DNA of 64,000 nucleotides, from contig CAVYXX010000068.1 in assembly GCA_963772355.1 (NCBI GenBank), forward strand, positions 3,430 through 67,429, read 5' to 3'. The notes beneath the pieces were generated by a model. That model saw only the letters and a list, made by a program, of their open reading frames with translations, was not told where the DNA came from and searched no databases. A program made the translations under genes and the position numbers. This DNA is from an uncultured Alphaproteobacteria bacterium (GTDB lineage Bacteria; Pseudomonadota; Alphaproteobacteria; Acetobacterales; Acetobacteraceae). Below, in pieces: positions 20,931 through 31,728 of the stretch (the stretch's first letter is position 1; each line of letters opens with the position of its first letter).

Positions 20931-22793
20931 TTATCTCGCTGTGGCCTGCCTGTACTTGTTCGTCGGAGTAAAGCCGGAGCGTTCCGCAGTGCGCGGCTCA
21001 CGCACCCAGACCTCCCGGTTAGGATGCAGACCGCCACCCCGCGTCGCCGGAACCGCCATCCGGCGGGCGCGATGCAACAAGCGGGTGTCAGCAATGCCGC
21101 AGTTCGGATGAATGCCGCCGTTGGCGGCGACCTTTTTCTCCCAGACCGCCTTTCGCCGTGCCAAGGTGGCGGGGTCGTTCAGGGCCGTGCAGGTTAAGGT
21201 GTTCGAGTTCAGATCGGCCACGATCTCGTCGCCATTCTCGATGAACGCAATCGGCCCGCCCAGCGCCGCTTCCGGCCCGACATGCCCGATGACAAGCCCG
21301 ACCGATCCACCAGAGAACCGGGCGTCGGTCATCAGCCCCACGATGATGCCGCGTTCCCGGCACAGCGTCGTTATGCGGGAGGTCGAGTCCAACATCTCCG
21401 GCATGCCCGGCGCGCCGCTGGGGCCTTCGTAGCGGACGATGATCATGTCGTGGTTCTGGAACGTCTCCGGCGATTGGTCGAGTGCGTCCAACAGAGCCTG
21501 CTCGCCTTCAAATGCCCGGGCTTTGCCGCGAAAGACGTTGTTTTCCAGCCCGCCCTCGACCCCGGCCAGCTTCAGGATTGCCGAGAAATCCGGCGACAGA
21601 TTGCCCCCCAGCACACGCAGACCCCCGGTCGGCTTGTACGGCTTTACAACCGGCAGAATGACCTTGCCGTCCGCACGTCCGGCGCCCAGGCGGTTGACCT
21701 GAGCAGACAGCGTCTCGCCCGTGCAAGTTATCACATCGCCATTCAGCAGCCCGGCCTCCAGCAGCTCGCGCACGATCACCTGCACGCCACCGACGCGGTC
21801 GATGTCGACCATGGAGTAGTTGCCATACGGGCGGGCGTCGGTCAGCACCGGCACGACATGCTCCGAGAGGTTGTTGAACTCCTCAGGCGTCATGACGTCT
21901 TTCCAGAAGTCGGCATAGCCGGCAGCGCGTGCAATCTCCGGCGCGTGCAGGGTCACGTTGGTCGACCCGCCGATGGCCATTGCCACGATCACCCCATTGC
22001 GCAGCAAGTCGCGCACAACGATATCCCTCGGCCTCAGATCTTTCGCGATCATGTTCGCCAGATAGTCGACCAGCTCGGCCGGAAAGACTTCCAACCGGCG
22101 CGGGTCATCAGATGCCGGCGCAACCATGTGCAACGGCTGCATGCCGACGACACCAATAAAGGTTTGCATTGTGTTGTAGGTGAACATGCCGCCGCAGCTG
22201 CCAATTCCCGGGCACGCATGGCAGGCGATGTGGTGGCGATAAGCCGGATCTTCATGTCCCGCCACTTGATAGGCGCTGACGATGTCCAGCGCCGCGCCGG
22301 TCTTAGGGTCCTGGCCAGGATGGATCGGCCCATCGGACATGATGATGGCCGGCTGGTTATGTTCCAGCAGCGCGGCGAGCGTGCCGATAGGCGGCTTATC
22401 GCAAGCGACCACCGCGATCGTGCCGGCTAGACCGGTGGCCTCCAGGTGTTCGCACAGCGCGTCATGCGTCACCTCGCGGCCAATCAGCGAGTAGCGCATC
22501 TCGCGAGTGCCGTTGCGGATGCCGTCGGAGGTGGCGATGGTGTATTCGGGCTGCACCAGACGCAGCGCAAGCTGACCCGGTCCTCTGCCGATGCGGTCCT
22601 TCAGGCACGCGTGGATGGCATCCACCTTCGACATAACACCCAGATAGCACTGGCTATCCCCTTTAGTCCCCACGACGCCGACGGACGGTTCATGGATCAG
22701 AGTGGGATCTGTGCCGAGCACCTGGGCCAGTCCGATCGTCTGGGCCGAACGGCCCGGATGGCGATCGATCAGCACGATCTTGGAATTTCTCAC
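20931..22793 (-). CDS. IlvD/Edd-family dehydratase (dihydroxy-acid dehydratase-like)
   Basis: SDGI..G..MRYSL..RE, ACDK, GSCGGMFTYNTM, GGSTN, RYEGPSGAPGMPEM, TDARFSGG, GHVGPEA; GTG 22793 after AAGGGGG. Confidence 0.9.
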   Translation of the reverse strand: MRNSKIVLIDRHPGRSAQTIGLAQVLGTDPTLIHEPSVGVVGTKGDSQCYLGVMSKVDAIHACLKDRIGRGPGQLALRLVQPEYTIATSDGIRNGTREMRYSLIGREVTHDALCEHLEATGLAGTIAVVACDKPPIGTLAALLEHNQPAIIMSDGPIHPGQDPKTGAALDIVSAYQVAGHEDPAYRHHIACHACPGIGSCGGMFTYNTMQTFIGVVGMQPLHMVAPASDDPRRLEVFPAELVDYLANMIAKDLRPRDIVVRDLLRNGVIVAMAIGGSTNVTLHAPEIARAAGYADFWKDVMTPEEFNNLSEHVVPVLTDARPYGNYSMVDIDRVGGVQVIVRELLEAGLLNGDVITCTGETLSAQVNRLGAGRADGKVILPVVKPYKPTGGLRVLGGNLSPDFSAILKLAGVEGGLENNVFRGKARAFEGEQALLDALDQSPETFQNHDMIIVRYEGPSGAPGMPEMLDSTSRITTLCRERGIIVGLMTDARFSGGSVGLVIGHVGPEAALGGPIAFIENGDEIVADLNSNTLTCTALNDPATLARRKAVWEKKVAANGGIHPNCGIADTRLLHRARRMAVPATRGGGLHPNREVWVREPRTAERSGFTPTNKYRQATAR

Positions 22794-23047
22794 AGAGGCC
22801 CCCTTTAAAATGACGTCCCCACAGCGCGCAAGGACGCGGCCGACGACACGCGTTGAGAGTTCTATGGCCGGGATCGTCCGCCGGGCAAGACCCTGAGAGC
22901 CGCGCTCGCGGGCAGCATCGAAATACCGGCCCTTTCGGATCAAAACCACTGTACGGACAAGCGACCCCGGCCTCACTGGGCGCGCACATTAAGGCCGGTG
23001 CACACCGCTCCCAATCCCCCTGCACGGTTGCTCTGAGCAAGTTCGGT

Positions 23048-23515
23048 TCAAGCGACGCGCGCGCTGAGTTTCGCGGTGGCGCCAGTGGCGATCTGGTGCC
23101 CCAGTATCGCCTTGAAATCCGGGAAACCGAGACGGACCTCCACATCCGAGATTTTGTCCAGATACACAATCATGTCGTGGGTGCTGCCGCGGAAGCTGAA
23201 CAGTACAATGGCGACCTGATCGCCGGCGCCCTCCGAATGCGGCTCGCCGTTCGCAGCAACCTGTACGTAGCTTCCGGTTGGGCGTATCTCCTTCAGCGAG
23301 CCGTCCGGACGCCAAAACCGTAATTCGCCCTGCAGAACGAAGGTGCTGAAATCGCACACGTGCCGGTGCAGCCTGCCTGGCGTATTCGGCTGAAACCTGA
23401 TGAGCACGTCAGCAATTCCGCGCGCGTCGTCTACCGCAAGCACGTAGATCTGCGCGCCAATGGTCTCCACCGTCTGCCAGGTGACGTTGCGGTCGTCAAA
23501 AAGGAATGCTTGCAT
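23048..23515 (-). CDS. Cupin-domain protein (ChrR-like)
   Basis: LHRHVCDFSTFVLQGEL, GEPHSEG; AGGAG RBS. Confidence 0.75.
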   Translation of the reverse strand: MQAFLFDDRNVTWQTVETIGAQIYVLAVDDARGIADVLIRFQPNTPGRLHRHVCDFSTFVLQGELRFWRPDGSLKEIRPTGSYVQVAANGEPHSEGAGDQVAIVLFSFRGSTHDMIVYLDKISDVEVRLGFPDFKAILGHQIATGATAKLSARVA

Positions 23516-23589
23516 TGCTTTCGTTAACTCCTGAATGACCGAAACCGGTCGCAGTCGTCATCGATGATCTGCAGCCGAGCTCGGGTCAA

Positions 23590-23705
23590 CCCCAATCGAG
23601 CAGGGTCCTCGACGCTCGCTCCTTGACCTGGAGATCGTCGGTATCGGCTTGTAGCGGCCCGGACGGGTCAGCACCTGGTCTCGATCTCCTTCACCTTTCG
23701 CCTCG
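23590..23705 (-). mobile_element. IS1634-like transposase scrap
   Basis: RDQVLTRPGRYKPI then frameshifted DDLQVKE, resembling IS1634 (VLxRPGRYxxVxDNLxVKE). Confidence 0.4.
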
Positions 23706-23834
23706 GCACGGCCAAGATGCGGCCGAGAACGCGTGAGAGTGCCGCCAGGTTTGCGGCTGAATACATCCCGTCGTCGCCAACAAACCCGCAGCGGCCGAGG
23801 CCTCAAGGTGCGTAGATCATCCTTAATCCGCGCC

Positions 23835-24150
23835 AGCGGCGTGCAGATCAGTTCTGGGTACGGTTCGCTTCTGGTCGTCACGTTCCTTCGCTGGGCCGAG
23901 GCGCATGGCGTTCGGGTGATCGGCGGCCTGCCCGCCGGCTTCATCAACTCACCTTTAAGCGACGATGAACTGACAGCGATACGAGCGGTGTTGCGCGACC
24001 AAGGCGCCGAGTTCTTGGAGACCCCGGGTTGCCCCCGCAGCGCATTCTTCGACACCGCGGACCACCTGAACGAGTCCGCCCAGATCAGCCACTCAGTTGC
24101 CGCCGCCAGAGCCTGGGCTCGGGTCGCCGGCCTCAGACCTGGTCCGGTCG
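23835..24150 (+). pseudogene. C-terminal fragment of an SGNH-like hypothetical protein
   Basis: WAEAHGVRVIGGLP...[10 protein letters not shown] (DxxH); no plausible 5' half. Confidence 0.4.
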
Positions 24151-24292
24151 CCGTAATCGGCCCCCTGCGCGGGCAAAATCGAATTCGCGAGAAACATCAA
24201 GCGTCTGCCTTGCGGTGGGAACGGTAAAGATGCGCCCATGCATTGAAATTGGAGGCTCGCGATCGCATGTAGCGCGGCGCAAGGAGGTGCGC

Positions 24293-26124
24293 ATGGACGA
24301 TACCGTATTGGAAAAACATACTTTTGGTGCCGAAGTCGGGCGACTGCTGGATCTGGTCGTCCACTCGCTTTACTCCGAGCGGGAGATATTTTTGCGCGAA
24401 CTGGTGGCCAACGCCGCCGACGCCAGTCGATCGCCGCCGGTTCGAGGCGCTGACCGATGCCAAACTCGCTCCTCCCGCCGAGGCGAAGATCCGCGTCGTG
24501 CCGGACAAGCAGGCGCGCACCCTGCTGATCGCCGACGACGGCATCGGCATGTCGCGGCAGGAAATGATCGACAATCTGGGCACCATCGCCCGCTCCGGCA
24601 CCAAGGCGTTCGGCGAGAAACTCGCCAGCGCGAAGCCCGAGGACCGGCCGAGCCTGATCGGGCAGTTCGGCGTTGGGTTTTACTCGGCCTTCATGGTCGC
24701 CGACCGGGTCGAGGTCACGTCGCGCAAAGCCGGCAGTCCGAAGAGGCCTTCACCTGGGCCTCCGAAGGCGCCGGCGAGTTCACCCTGGCCCCGGCGGAAC
24801 GGGAGCAGGCCGGCACCGACGTCGTGCTGCACATCAAGTCCGATGCGGAGGAATATCTGGAGCCGATGCGGCTGGAAACGATCATCCGCAAATGGGCCGA
24901 CCACGTGACCCTTGCCGATCACGGTTGTCGCGCGACGGCAAGGACCAGGCCGCCAACGAAGGCACCGCGCTGTGGCGCAAGTCCCGAAGGCGGACGTGTC
25001 CGAGCAGAATCTGAAAGAATTCTATCGCCACCTCGGTCATTTCTTCGACGAACCATGGGCGACGCTGCACTGGCGGGCCGAGGGGACGCTGGAATATTTC
25101 TGCCTGCTGTTCATCCCCGGCATGAAGCCGTTCGACGTGGTCGAGGGCGATCGTGACTCCCATGTCCGGCTGCATGTCCGGCGCATGTTCATCACCGACA
25201 AGGCCGAATTACTGCCGCACTGGCTGCGTTTCGTCAGCGGCGTGGTGGATACCGAGGATCTGCCGCTGAACGTCTCGCGTGAGATGCTGCAAACGACACC
25301 GGTGCTGGCCCGCATCCGCAAGGCGCTGATCGGGCGCGTGATGACGCGAATTGAAGACCCGCTCCAAGGAGGCCGAGGACTACGCGAAGTTCTGGGACAA
25401 TTTCGGCCCGATCATGAAGGAGGGCCTCTGGGAGGACGCCGAACACCGCAACGAAATCCTGCCGCTGCTGCGCTTTGCTTCCTCCGACCCAGGAGGGTCG
25501 TGTCGCTGGCGGATTAGTGTCGCGGATGCAGGCGGGCCAGGAGGCGATCTTATTACTTGACCGGCGAAAAGGTCGAGGCGATGAAGACGTCGCCGCAACT
25601 GGAAGGCTTCCGACGCCAAAGGGCTCGAAGTGCTGCTGATGTCCGACCCGATCGACAATTTCTGGCCGGAACGGACTGGACAGTTTCGAGGACAAGAAGC
25701 TGCGCAGCGTGACCCAGGCGGCGGGCGAGTTCGGCAAGGACGAGGACCAGCCGGACATCTCGGCCCTGCTGGCGGCGATGAAGAGGCGCTCTGGGCGAGG
25801 ACGTGGCCGACGTCCGCGCCACCGGGCGGCTGACCGACAGCGCGGTGGTGCTGGCGGCGGACGAAAGCGGGCCGGACCTGCAGGTGCAGCGGCTGATGCG
25901 CCGCGCCGGCCGCGCGATGATGCCGGCGCGGCCGATCCTGGAGGTCAATCCGCGGCACAAACTGATCGAGGCCTTGTCGGCGAAACAGGACGACAAGGAT
26001 CTGCTGAAGGCGACCGCGGAGACGCTGCTGGATCTCGCGCAAGGTGCGGGAGGGCGAGACCCTGAAGGACGCCGCCGCGTTCGCCCGCAGGGTCAGGGCG
26101 CTTCTGGCAGGCAGCATGAGCTAG
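24293..26124 (+). CDS. htpG: Hsp90 chaperone HtpG, broken by about ten or more indels (assembly error or pseudogene)
   Basis: [80 protein letters not shown] in shifting frames; AAGGAGG RBS. Confidence 0.92.
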
Positions 26125-26167
26125 CTAACTCGTTTCCACCGGATCGGGTTAGTCCGCTCTCCCGGTA

Positions 26168-26716
26168 TCAGAATTTCACTGGCACCTTTTGCCGCGCCTC
26201 GGCCGGAGCCTCGAAGAAGGCTTCCGGCCTAAAGCCACAGGGGGCGGCAACGAGATTGCTCGGCACCGTTTCCAGGCGGGTGTTGTAGTCCAAAACAGCA
26301 TCATTAAAGAATTGCCGGGCGTAGGCGATGCGATTTTCCGTTGTCGCCAATTCCTCTTGCAAGCTTTTCATGTTGTCGCTGGCCCGCAGTTCCGGAACGG
26401 CTTCCGCCAGCGCTAGCAGGCCGCGCATCTGCTGCGACAGCGCGGCCTCAGCGGCTGTTCGGGCGGCCACATTGGCACCGGCGGCCGTGGCCACCCGCCG
26501 CGCCGCGCTGATGTTCTCGAAGATCGCCGTTTCGTGCCGCATATAGCCTCGGACACTTTCGACCAGGTCGGGGATCAGGTCGGAGCGACGGAGCAGTTGG
26601 ACGTCGATTTGCGCCCAAGCGTTGCGCACCCGGTTCCGCCTCTGCACCAGGCCATTATAAACCGAGATGGCGAATAGTAGGGTGGCAACGACGATCCCCA
26701 GCACAATCCAGATCAC
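26168..26716 (-). CDS. lemA: LemA family protein
   Basis: [45 protein letters not shown]. Confidence 0.92.
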   Translation of the reverse strand: MIWIVLGIVVATLLFAISVYNGLVQRRNRVRNAWAQIDVQLLRRSDLIPDLVESVRGYMRHETAIFENISAARRVATAAGANVAARTAAEAALSQQMRGLLALAEAVPELRASDNMKSLQEELATTENRIAYARQFFNDAVLDYNTRLETVPSNLVAAPCGFRPEAFFEAPAEARQKVPVKF

Positions 26717-26731
26717 GCAGCGATCCCCTTT

Positions 26732-28243
26732 TCAAAAATGAAGAATGAGCGACGCGAGCGCGAGACCGCCGACCGCCGACATTGCGGTAGCGCCCACCAG
26801 CATCAGGCCGACCAGCACAATCAGCGTTGCAATCAGCGCCACGAGAATCGCCATTAGAACAGTGACCAAGGCGAGGAGGAACGGCGGCAGCTTGCGTAGC
26901 CCTGCAAGCTTCTGCAGAAACCCCAGTCCACCCGCCCCACTTGCCCCCTGCGCCACCAGCCGGCCGACCCGGGCGTCGAGGGCAGGGGTAAATGGCGTCG
27001 CCACCATCAGGCGCTCGCGCAGCCCAGTCTGACGGCGGTTTGACACGTGAAAGAAACCAAGCTCCAGCGCAGACGCGGCGGGTGGCAGCGCAGGCTGGGC
27101 ATCGATCCCCCGCAGCGCGCCGGCCATCGCATCCGGATCACGCGTCAGTTGCACCGCGACGGCATCCGCCAGGAACCGCCGGGTTCGCCACAGCCATGCC
27201 AGCGGCCAGCCGAAAAGGAACAGCATCCACATCTGGACGATGAATTTCTGCAGAATCGTTAGCAGCATCCAGGGCACCAATGGTGCAACAAGCAGAGCGC
27301 CCAGCGGAGGCCAGCGCTCCGCGAGGCTCATCACCTTCAGCATGGCGTCAGAGGCCTCGGGGGTTAGGCTGGCGGTGAGGCTCTCGCCGATCGCCGCCGC
27401 CTCGGCGCCCGAAACGCGGCGAACACTGGCGCCGGCGAGGCGGCCGAGCGAGATCCAGGCGGTACGTCGGAAGGGCAGGTCGAACAGCGTCAGGAAGGTG
27501 CCCAGCGCCTGGAACACCGCCAGAATAGAGGCAGCGAGGCCCAGGTCGCCATTGCCCGCCGACGCGACCAGATGCGCCGCTACGCCCAGCGTCTCACGCC
27601 GGTCGAGCCGATTTAGTAGACCACGTGTGACCACCAGCGTCGCGTCGAGATGGGACGCGCCGAAGATACCCGCATAAACCTCGTCCGCATCAATCAGGAA
27701 CAGGCGCGGCGTTGGCAGTCCAGCAGCCAGCGCCATCTCGGCGACGATGTTTCCAATCTGCCGTTCCTCGAAATCGTCGTGCCGCGGGCTCCGCGCGCCG
27801 AGCGCTGCGCAGGCGGCTTCCGCTGCGTGCCGACGATGGAAGCGGGCCAGAGCCGCCCAAATCAGCATCGCGGCGAGCATACCTGGTAGCAACAGCTGTG
27901 CGGCCCGGCCGATGGCGGGCACCGCTGCCAGCGCATCCGCGACGCCTGCCACGGCGCCGATCAGGTCCATCGCGTGCTTACCGGCAGTGATTCCGCTCCG
28001 GACCCAGGCCTCGATCCCCCGCAGCAACGTGCCAGCAGGTGCGAGGCCAGCATTCGCCAGCAATCGCAGCGATCCGGCGACAAGCAGCAGCAATAGCGGC
28101 CCGAGAATGGTGCTCAGCACCGCCCCGACCCCACCGGCCAGCGCCAGGCAAACTAAAGCAAGCCGCCGCGCGCCGCGCCGACGGCGGACCTGCTCGTCGA
28201 AGAAACTGACGCGCTCGACCGGGGTGGTGGCAATGCCTGACAT
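26732..28243 (-). CDS. M48/HtpX-like membrane protein lacking the HExxH zinc motif
   Basis: SFFDEQVRRRR, NIVAEMALAAGLPTP, VVTRGLLNRLDR, then GVAAHLVASAGNGD in place of HExxH; FLADAVAVQLTRDP. Confidence 0.8.
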   Translation of the reverse strand: MSGIATTPVERVSFFDEQVRRRRGARRLALVCLALAGGVGAVLSTILGPLLLLLVAGSLRLLANAGLAPAGTLLRGIEAWVRSGITAGKHAMDLIGAVAGVADALAAVPAIGRAAQLLLPGMLAAMLIWAALARFHRRHAAEAACAALGARSPRHDDFEERQIGNIVAEMALAAGLPTPRLFLIDADEVYAGIFGASHLDATLVVTRGLLNRLDRRETLGVAAHLVASAGNGDLGLAASILAVFQALGTFLTLFDLPFRRTAWISLGRLAGASVRRVSGAEAAAIGESLTASLTPEASDAMLKVMSLAERWPPLGALLVAPLVPWMLLTILQKFIVQMWMLFLFGWPLAWLWRTRRFLADAVAVQLTRDPDAMAGALRGIDAQPALPPAASALELGFFHVSNRRQTGLRERLMVATPFTPALDARVGRLVAQGASGAGGLGFLQKLAGLRKLPPFLLALVTVLMAILVALIATLIVLVGLMLVGATAMSAVGGLALASLILHF

Positions 28244-28532
28244 TGTTCCGGACTACACCAGACGGTTCAGGTTTGCTGTGGCCCCCGCCCCTACTGGCGC
28301 AATTGTGTTGCCACTCAAATCGGTTATCTGATGACGGCAGAATGGCCGCGGATGCCGCAAGGGTCGAAACCGCAAGCCGGGTGCATATCGCTTTCGCCAC
28401 CGCAGGGCTGGGTCTGTCCAGCATGGCGGGCCGGCCGGGTGACAAATCCAGCCGCTGCCTTATGTAGTTCCCATCCGCGTCCCGCGGGTACCGCGCCAGC
28501 GTGACTGGGACGCTATTACAGGACCCCCGGCT

Positions 28533-29921
28533 ATGTTGGACCAGACCCTTCATTGCATCGTTGCTTCTTCCGATGGAACCCGCCCGATCCATGTCGTCCG
28601 GCCCGACGGTCTGGCATCGTTCCTCGACACGCTGCCATCCAGTCAGGCGGCGTTCCTGCATGATACCGGCTTTGGCGGAAAGTCCGGCGAACTTCGTTTT
28701 CTGCCTGGCGTCGATGGTGTCGATGGCGCGGTTTTAGGGATCGGCGTCGATACATCGCCTTTTGTGTTCGGCCACCTTCCTCTGCAACTGCCGGACATCT
28801 GCCCATGGCGCCTGCTGCCGGGCGATTATGACTCCCAAGCCGCCATCCTGGGCTTTTTGCTGGGTGCGTATCGTTACGATCGTTTTGTGAACTCGGGGCG
28901 CAAACCGGCCTCCCTGTTTGTTCCCGGCGGCCACGAAACGAGTCTGTCGCAGGCCGCGGCAACCTGGATGGTGCGCGATCTGATCAACACACCGGCCAAC
29001 CTCCTTGGCCCGGTAGAACTCGCGGATTTCACCGTTTCATTGGGGGATCGCTACGGTGCCGTTGCAGCTGTCTCAACCGGCGCCGCGCTGGAGGAAGCCT
29101 ATCCGGCGATCGCCGCCGTAGGCCGCGGCTCAGTGCGGCCGCCGCGTGTGGCGACATTCCATTGGCGCGGACGTTCCGCCACAGAAGCCTCACCGCTAGT
29201 GTCGCTGTGCGGCAAGGGCGTTTGTTTCGACACAGGCGGATACGACCTGAAGCCGTCGGCCGGCATGCTGCGTATGAAAAAGGACATGGGCGGCGCCGCC
29301 ACCGTGCTTGGGCTTGCTCGCATCATTATGGAAGCGGATCTGCCGATCCGGCTGGCCGTGCGAATCGGATGCGTCGAAAACTCCGTATCCGGAACAGCGA
29401 TGCGGCCTTCCGACGTGATCACTACCCGCGCCGGTCTGACGGTGGAGATCGGCAATACCGACGCTGAGGGACGACTGGTACTGTGCGATCTGCTTGATGA
29501 AGCCTCGGACGAAAGTCCCTCTTTACTCGTAGATTGCGCAACCCTGACCGGCGCGGCGCGTGTCGCTCTTGGCCCCGACCTTCCTGCACTGTTCAGTAAT
29601 GATGATGGACTGGCCCAGGCGCTATTGCGGCGGGGAAGTACGGTGCATGATCCGCTTTGGCGATTGCCGTTATGGCCGGGTTACGATGACTGGTTAAACA
29701 GTCCGGTCGCGGACCTCAATAACGTTGCGTCAAAGCCGCTCGCAGGAGCGATTGTTGCTGGCTTGTATCTACAACGTTTCGTTAAAGCTGGCATCCCTTG
29801 GATGCATCTCGACCTCTACGCTTGGAATGATCAAACTCGACCTGGCCGGCCAGAGGGGGGCGAGGCTATGGCGATGCGCGCGCTTTTTGCACTGATCGGT
29901 AACGAAATGATGCCGAAATGA
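28533..29921 (+). CDS. M17 leucyl aminopeptidase family protein
   Basis: GKGVCFDTGG, MKKDMGGAA, NTDAEGRL, ATLTGA. Confidence 0.95.
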   Translation: MLDQTLHCIVASSDGTRPIHVVRPDGLASFLDTLPSSQAAFLHDTGFGGKSGELRFLPGVDGVDGAVLGIGVDTSPFVFGHLPLQLPDICPWRLLPGDYDSQAAILGFLLGAYRYDRFVNSGRKPASLFVPGGHETSLSQAAATWMVRDLINTPANLLGPVELADFTVSLGDRYGAVAAVSTGAALEEAYPAIAAVGRGSVRPPRVATFHWRGRSATEASPLVSLCGKGVCFDTGGYDLKPSAGMLRMKKDMGGAATVLGLARIIMEADLPIRLAVRIGCVENSVSGTAMRPSDVITTRAGLTVEIGNTDAEGRLVLCDLLDEASDESPSLLVDCATLTGAARVALGPDLPALFSNDDGLAQALLRRGSTVHDPLWRLPLWPGYDDWLNSPVADLNNVASKPLAGAIVAGLYLQRFVKAGIPWMHLDLYAWNDQTRPGRPEGGEAMAMRALFALIGNEMMPK

Positions 29922-30068
29922 GATAGGACCTGCCTACCACCCTACATCAGTATGACGAATAAACTATTCGTGTTTCGAAATAAAATTGACATGAAACTTC
30001 GGATCGATTAGTTTTCGAAGGAGGGGGACTTACGTTCGGCAAACTCTTGCCCTGAGAAAGGATATGAC

Positions 30069-30446
30069 GTGGCAGCTCCTCCTGATCCGGTTTCGGACGC
30101 CCAAGTGGGCCTTCTTCGCGACACCGTCGTCGCGCTGGTTCGCCGGGACGGGATCGATCTCTCCGCGCGTCAGCTCGGGGTCTTCCTGACCTGTTACTTG
30201 AACAATGGCCCGCACACGGTTCGCGGCCTGGCAACGAGCCTCAACATATCGAAGCCGGCGATAACCAGAGCTCTCGATCGCCTGGGTGAATTGGATCTGG
30301 CGCGCCGAAAGGTCGATCCGCTGGACCGACGCAGTGTGCTGGTGCAGCGTACGCCGAAAGGCTCCTCGTTCCTGCGCGCTCTGCGGTCCATCATGACGGG
30401 GGCCTCCGGTGGCGGCAAAAAGGCGGTGAAGAAGAAGGCCGCTTGA
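30069..30446 (+). CDS. MarR-family winged-helix regulator
   Basis: HTVRGLATSLNISKPAITRALDRL, DRRSVLV; GAAAGGA RBS. Confidence 0.9.
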   Translation: MAAPPDPVSDAQVGLLRDTVVALVRRDGIDLSARQLGVFLTCYLNNGPHTVRGLATSLNISKPAITRALDRLGELDLARRKVDPLDRRSVLVQRTPKGSSFLRALRSIMTGASGGGKKAVKKKAA

Positions 30447-30674
30447 ATCCATGTAGATAACGGGCTCAGGCCGGCGTGGCTTGATCCCTCAGTTGCACGG
30501 ATCCTGACGCCCGGAGACCGCGCAAACTGGGGAAGGGAGGCGGCGCGAGGGCGCTGATCCGTTGAACGATCAGAAAGCAGAGGCGAACAAAACCACACCG
30601 CTGAACGCGCCGGCCCGCAAGAACATTGCAGCAGGTGGCTCTCGATAAAGCCCAATCATTGCACACCTGCGATT

Positions 30675-31628
30675 TCATCCGCCGATCCGCCTCATCCACG
30701 CTCCGGCCATTGCCACAGCATCCCGCGCTTTCTGCACCGAGCCCGTCGCCCGCAGGAAACCGTGCACCGTCCCAGGGAAGGTCTCGGTCTCCACCGCGAC
30801 ACCAGCGGCGCCCAGTTTCGCCACCAGCGCCTCACCTTCCGAGCGCAGCACGTCCAACTCCGCCAGCAGCACCATCACCGGCGGTAAGCCGGCCAGGTCA
30901 GCCCGGAGCGGCGCCGCCAGCGGGTGCAATCGGTCGATCTCGTGCGGCACATAGACGCTCCAGTAGAACGCCATTCGCTCCGTGCTCAGCCCGTAGCCCG
31001 CATCGCCGAACTCCCGATAGCTCGGAGTATCGAACCGGGAATCGCTGACCGGATAGTTCGCCAGGATGCCCTTCAAAGGCGGCCCGCCGGTATCACGCAG
31101 CAGCAGCGCGGTCGCCAGCGCCAGATTGCCGCCCGCTGAATCTCCGCCAAGCAGGATGCGCGCCGGATCCAAACCCCACTCTGTGCCGCGCTCCGCGACG
31201 AACTGCACTACTGCGCCACACTCCAGTAAGGCCTGAGGAAATTTTGCCTCCGGCGAGAGGGCGTAGTCCACGCTGACAACCGCCACCTGGCCGGCGGCGG
31301 CATATTCGCGGGTCATCCGATCGTGGGTATCAACATTCGCCCACACCCAACCGCCGCCGTGGAAATATATCAGTGTCGGGAGAACGCGTCCGGTAGTCGG
31401 ACGATAGACCCTGCAAAATATCCGCCGGCCTGTCCCGTCGATCCACCGATCGGTTGTTTCCGCCATTTCTGGGCCACCGGCTGCCGTCCGCATGCCCAGC
31501 AGGTCGTTGACCCGGCGGTGAGGCCCCAGAGGCAGCTCCGTCTTGACCGGCGGGAACGCTGCCGCCGCTTTCTCCTGTTCCACAATGAAGGCGGCCATTT
31601 CAGGGTCCCAACGCGACCAATCTCGCAT
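30675..31628 (-). CDS. HSL-family esterase/lipase
   Basis: HGGG, GDSAGG, DVLRSEG, HGF. Confidence 0.93.
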   Translation of the reverse strand: MRDWSRWDPEMAAFIVEQEKAAAAFPPVKTELPLGPHRRVNDLLGMRTAAGGPEMAETTDRWIDGTGRRIFCRVYRPTTGRVLPTLIYFHGGGWVWANVDTHDRMTREYAAAGQVAVVSVDYALSPEAKFPQALLECGAVVQFVAERGTEWGLDPARILLGGDSAGGNLALATALLLRDTGGPPLKGILANYPVSDSRFDTPSYREFGDAGYGLSTERMAFYWSVYVPHEIDRLHPLAAPLRADLAGLPPVMVLLAELDVLRSEGEALVAKLGAAGVAVETETFPGTVHGFLRATGSVQKARDAVAMAGAWMRRIGG

Positions 31629-31728
31629 TTATTTGCTTTCCGTTAACGTTTCGCTCTATTCAGCGGCACATGCCGCCAAATTGCAACTTGCACCTGCTCC
31701 CCTCGGTTCCCTTATGTTGCGGTGCACC

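Noticed and set aside
24293-26124. Programmed frameshifting or phase variation in htpG
   Set aside because: Too many indels, and they are not at slippery or simple-repeat tracts.
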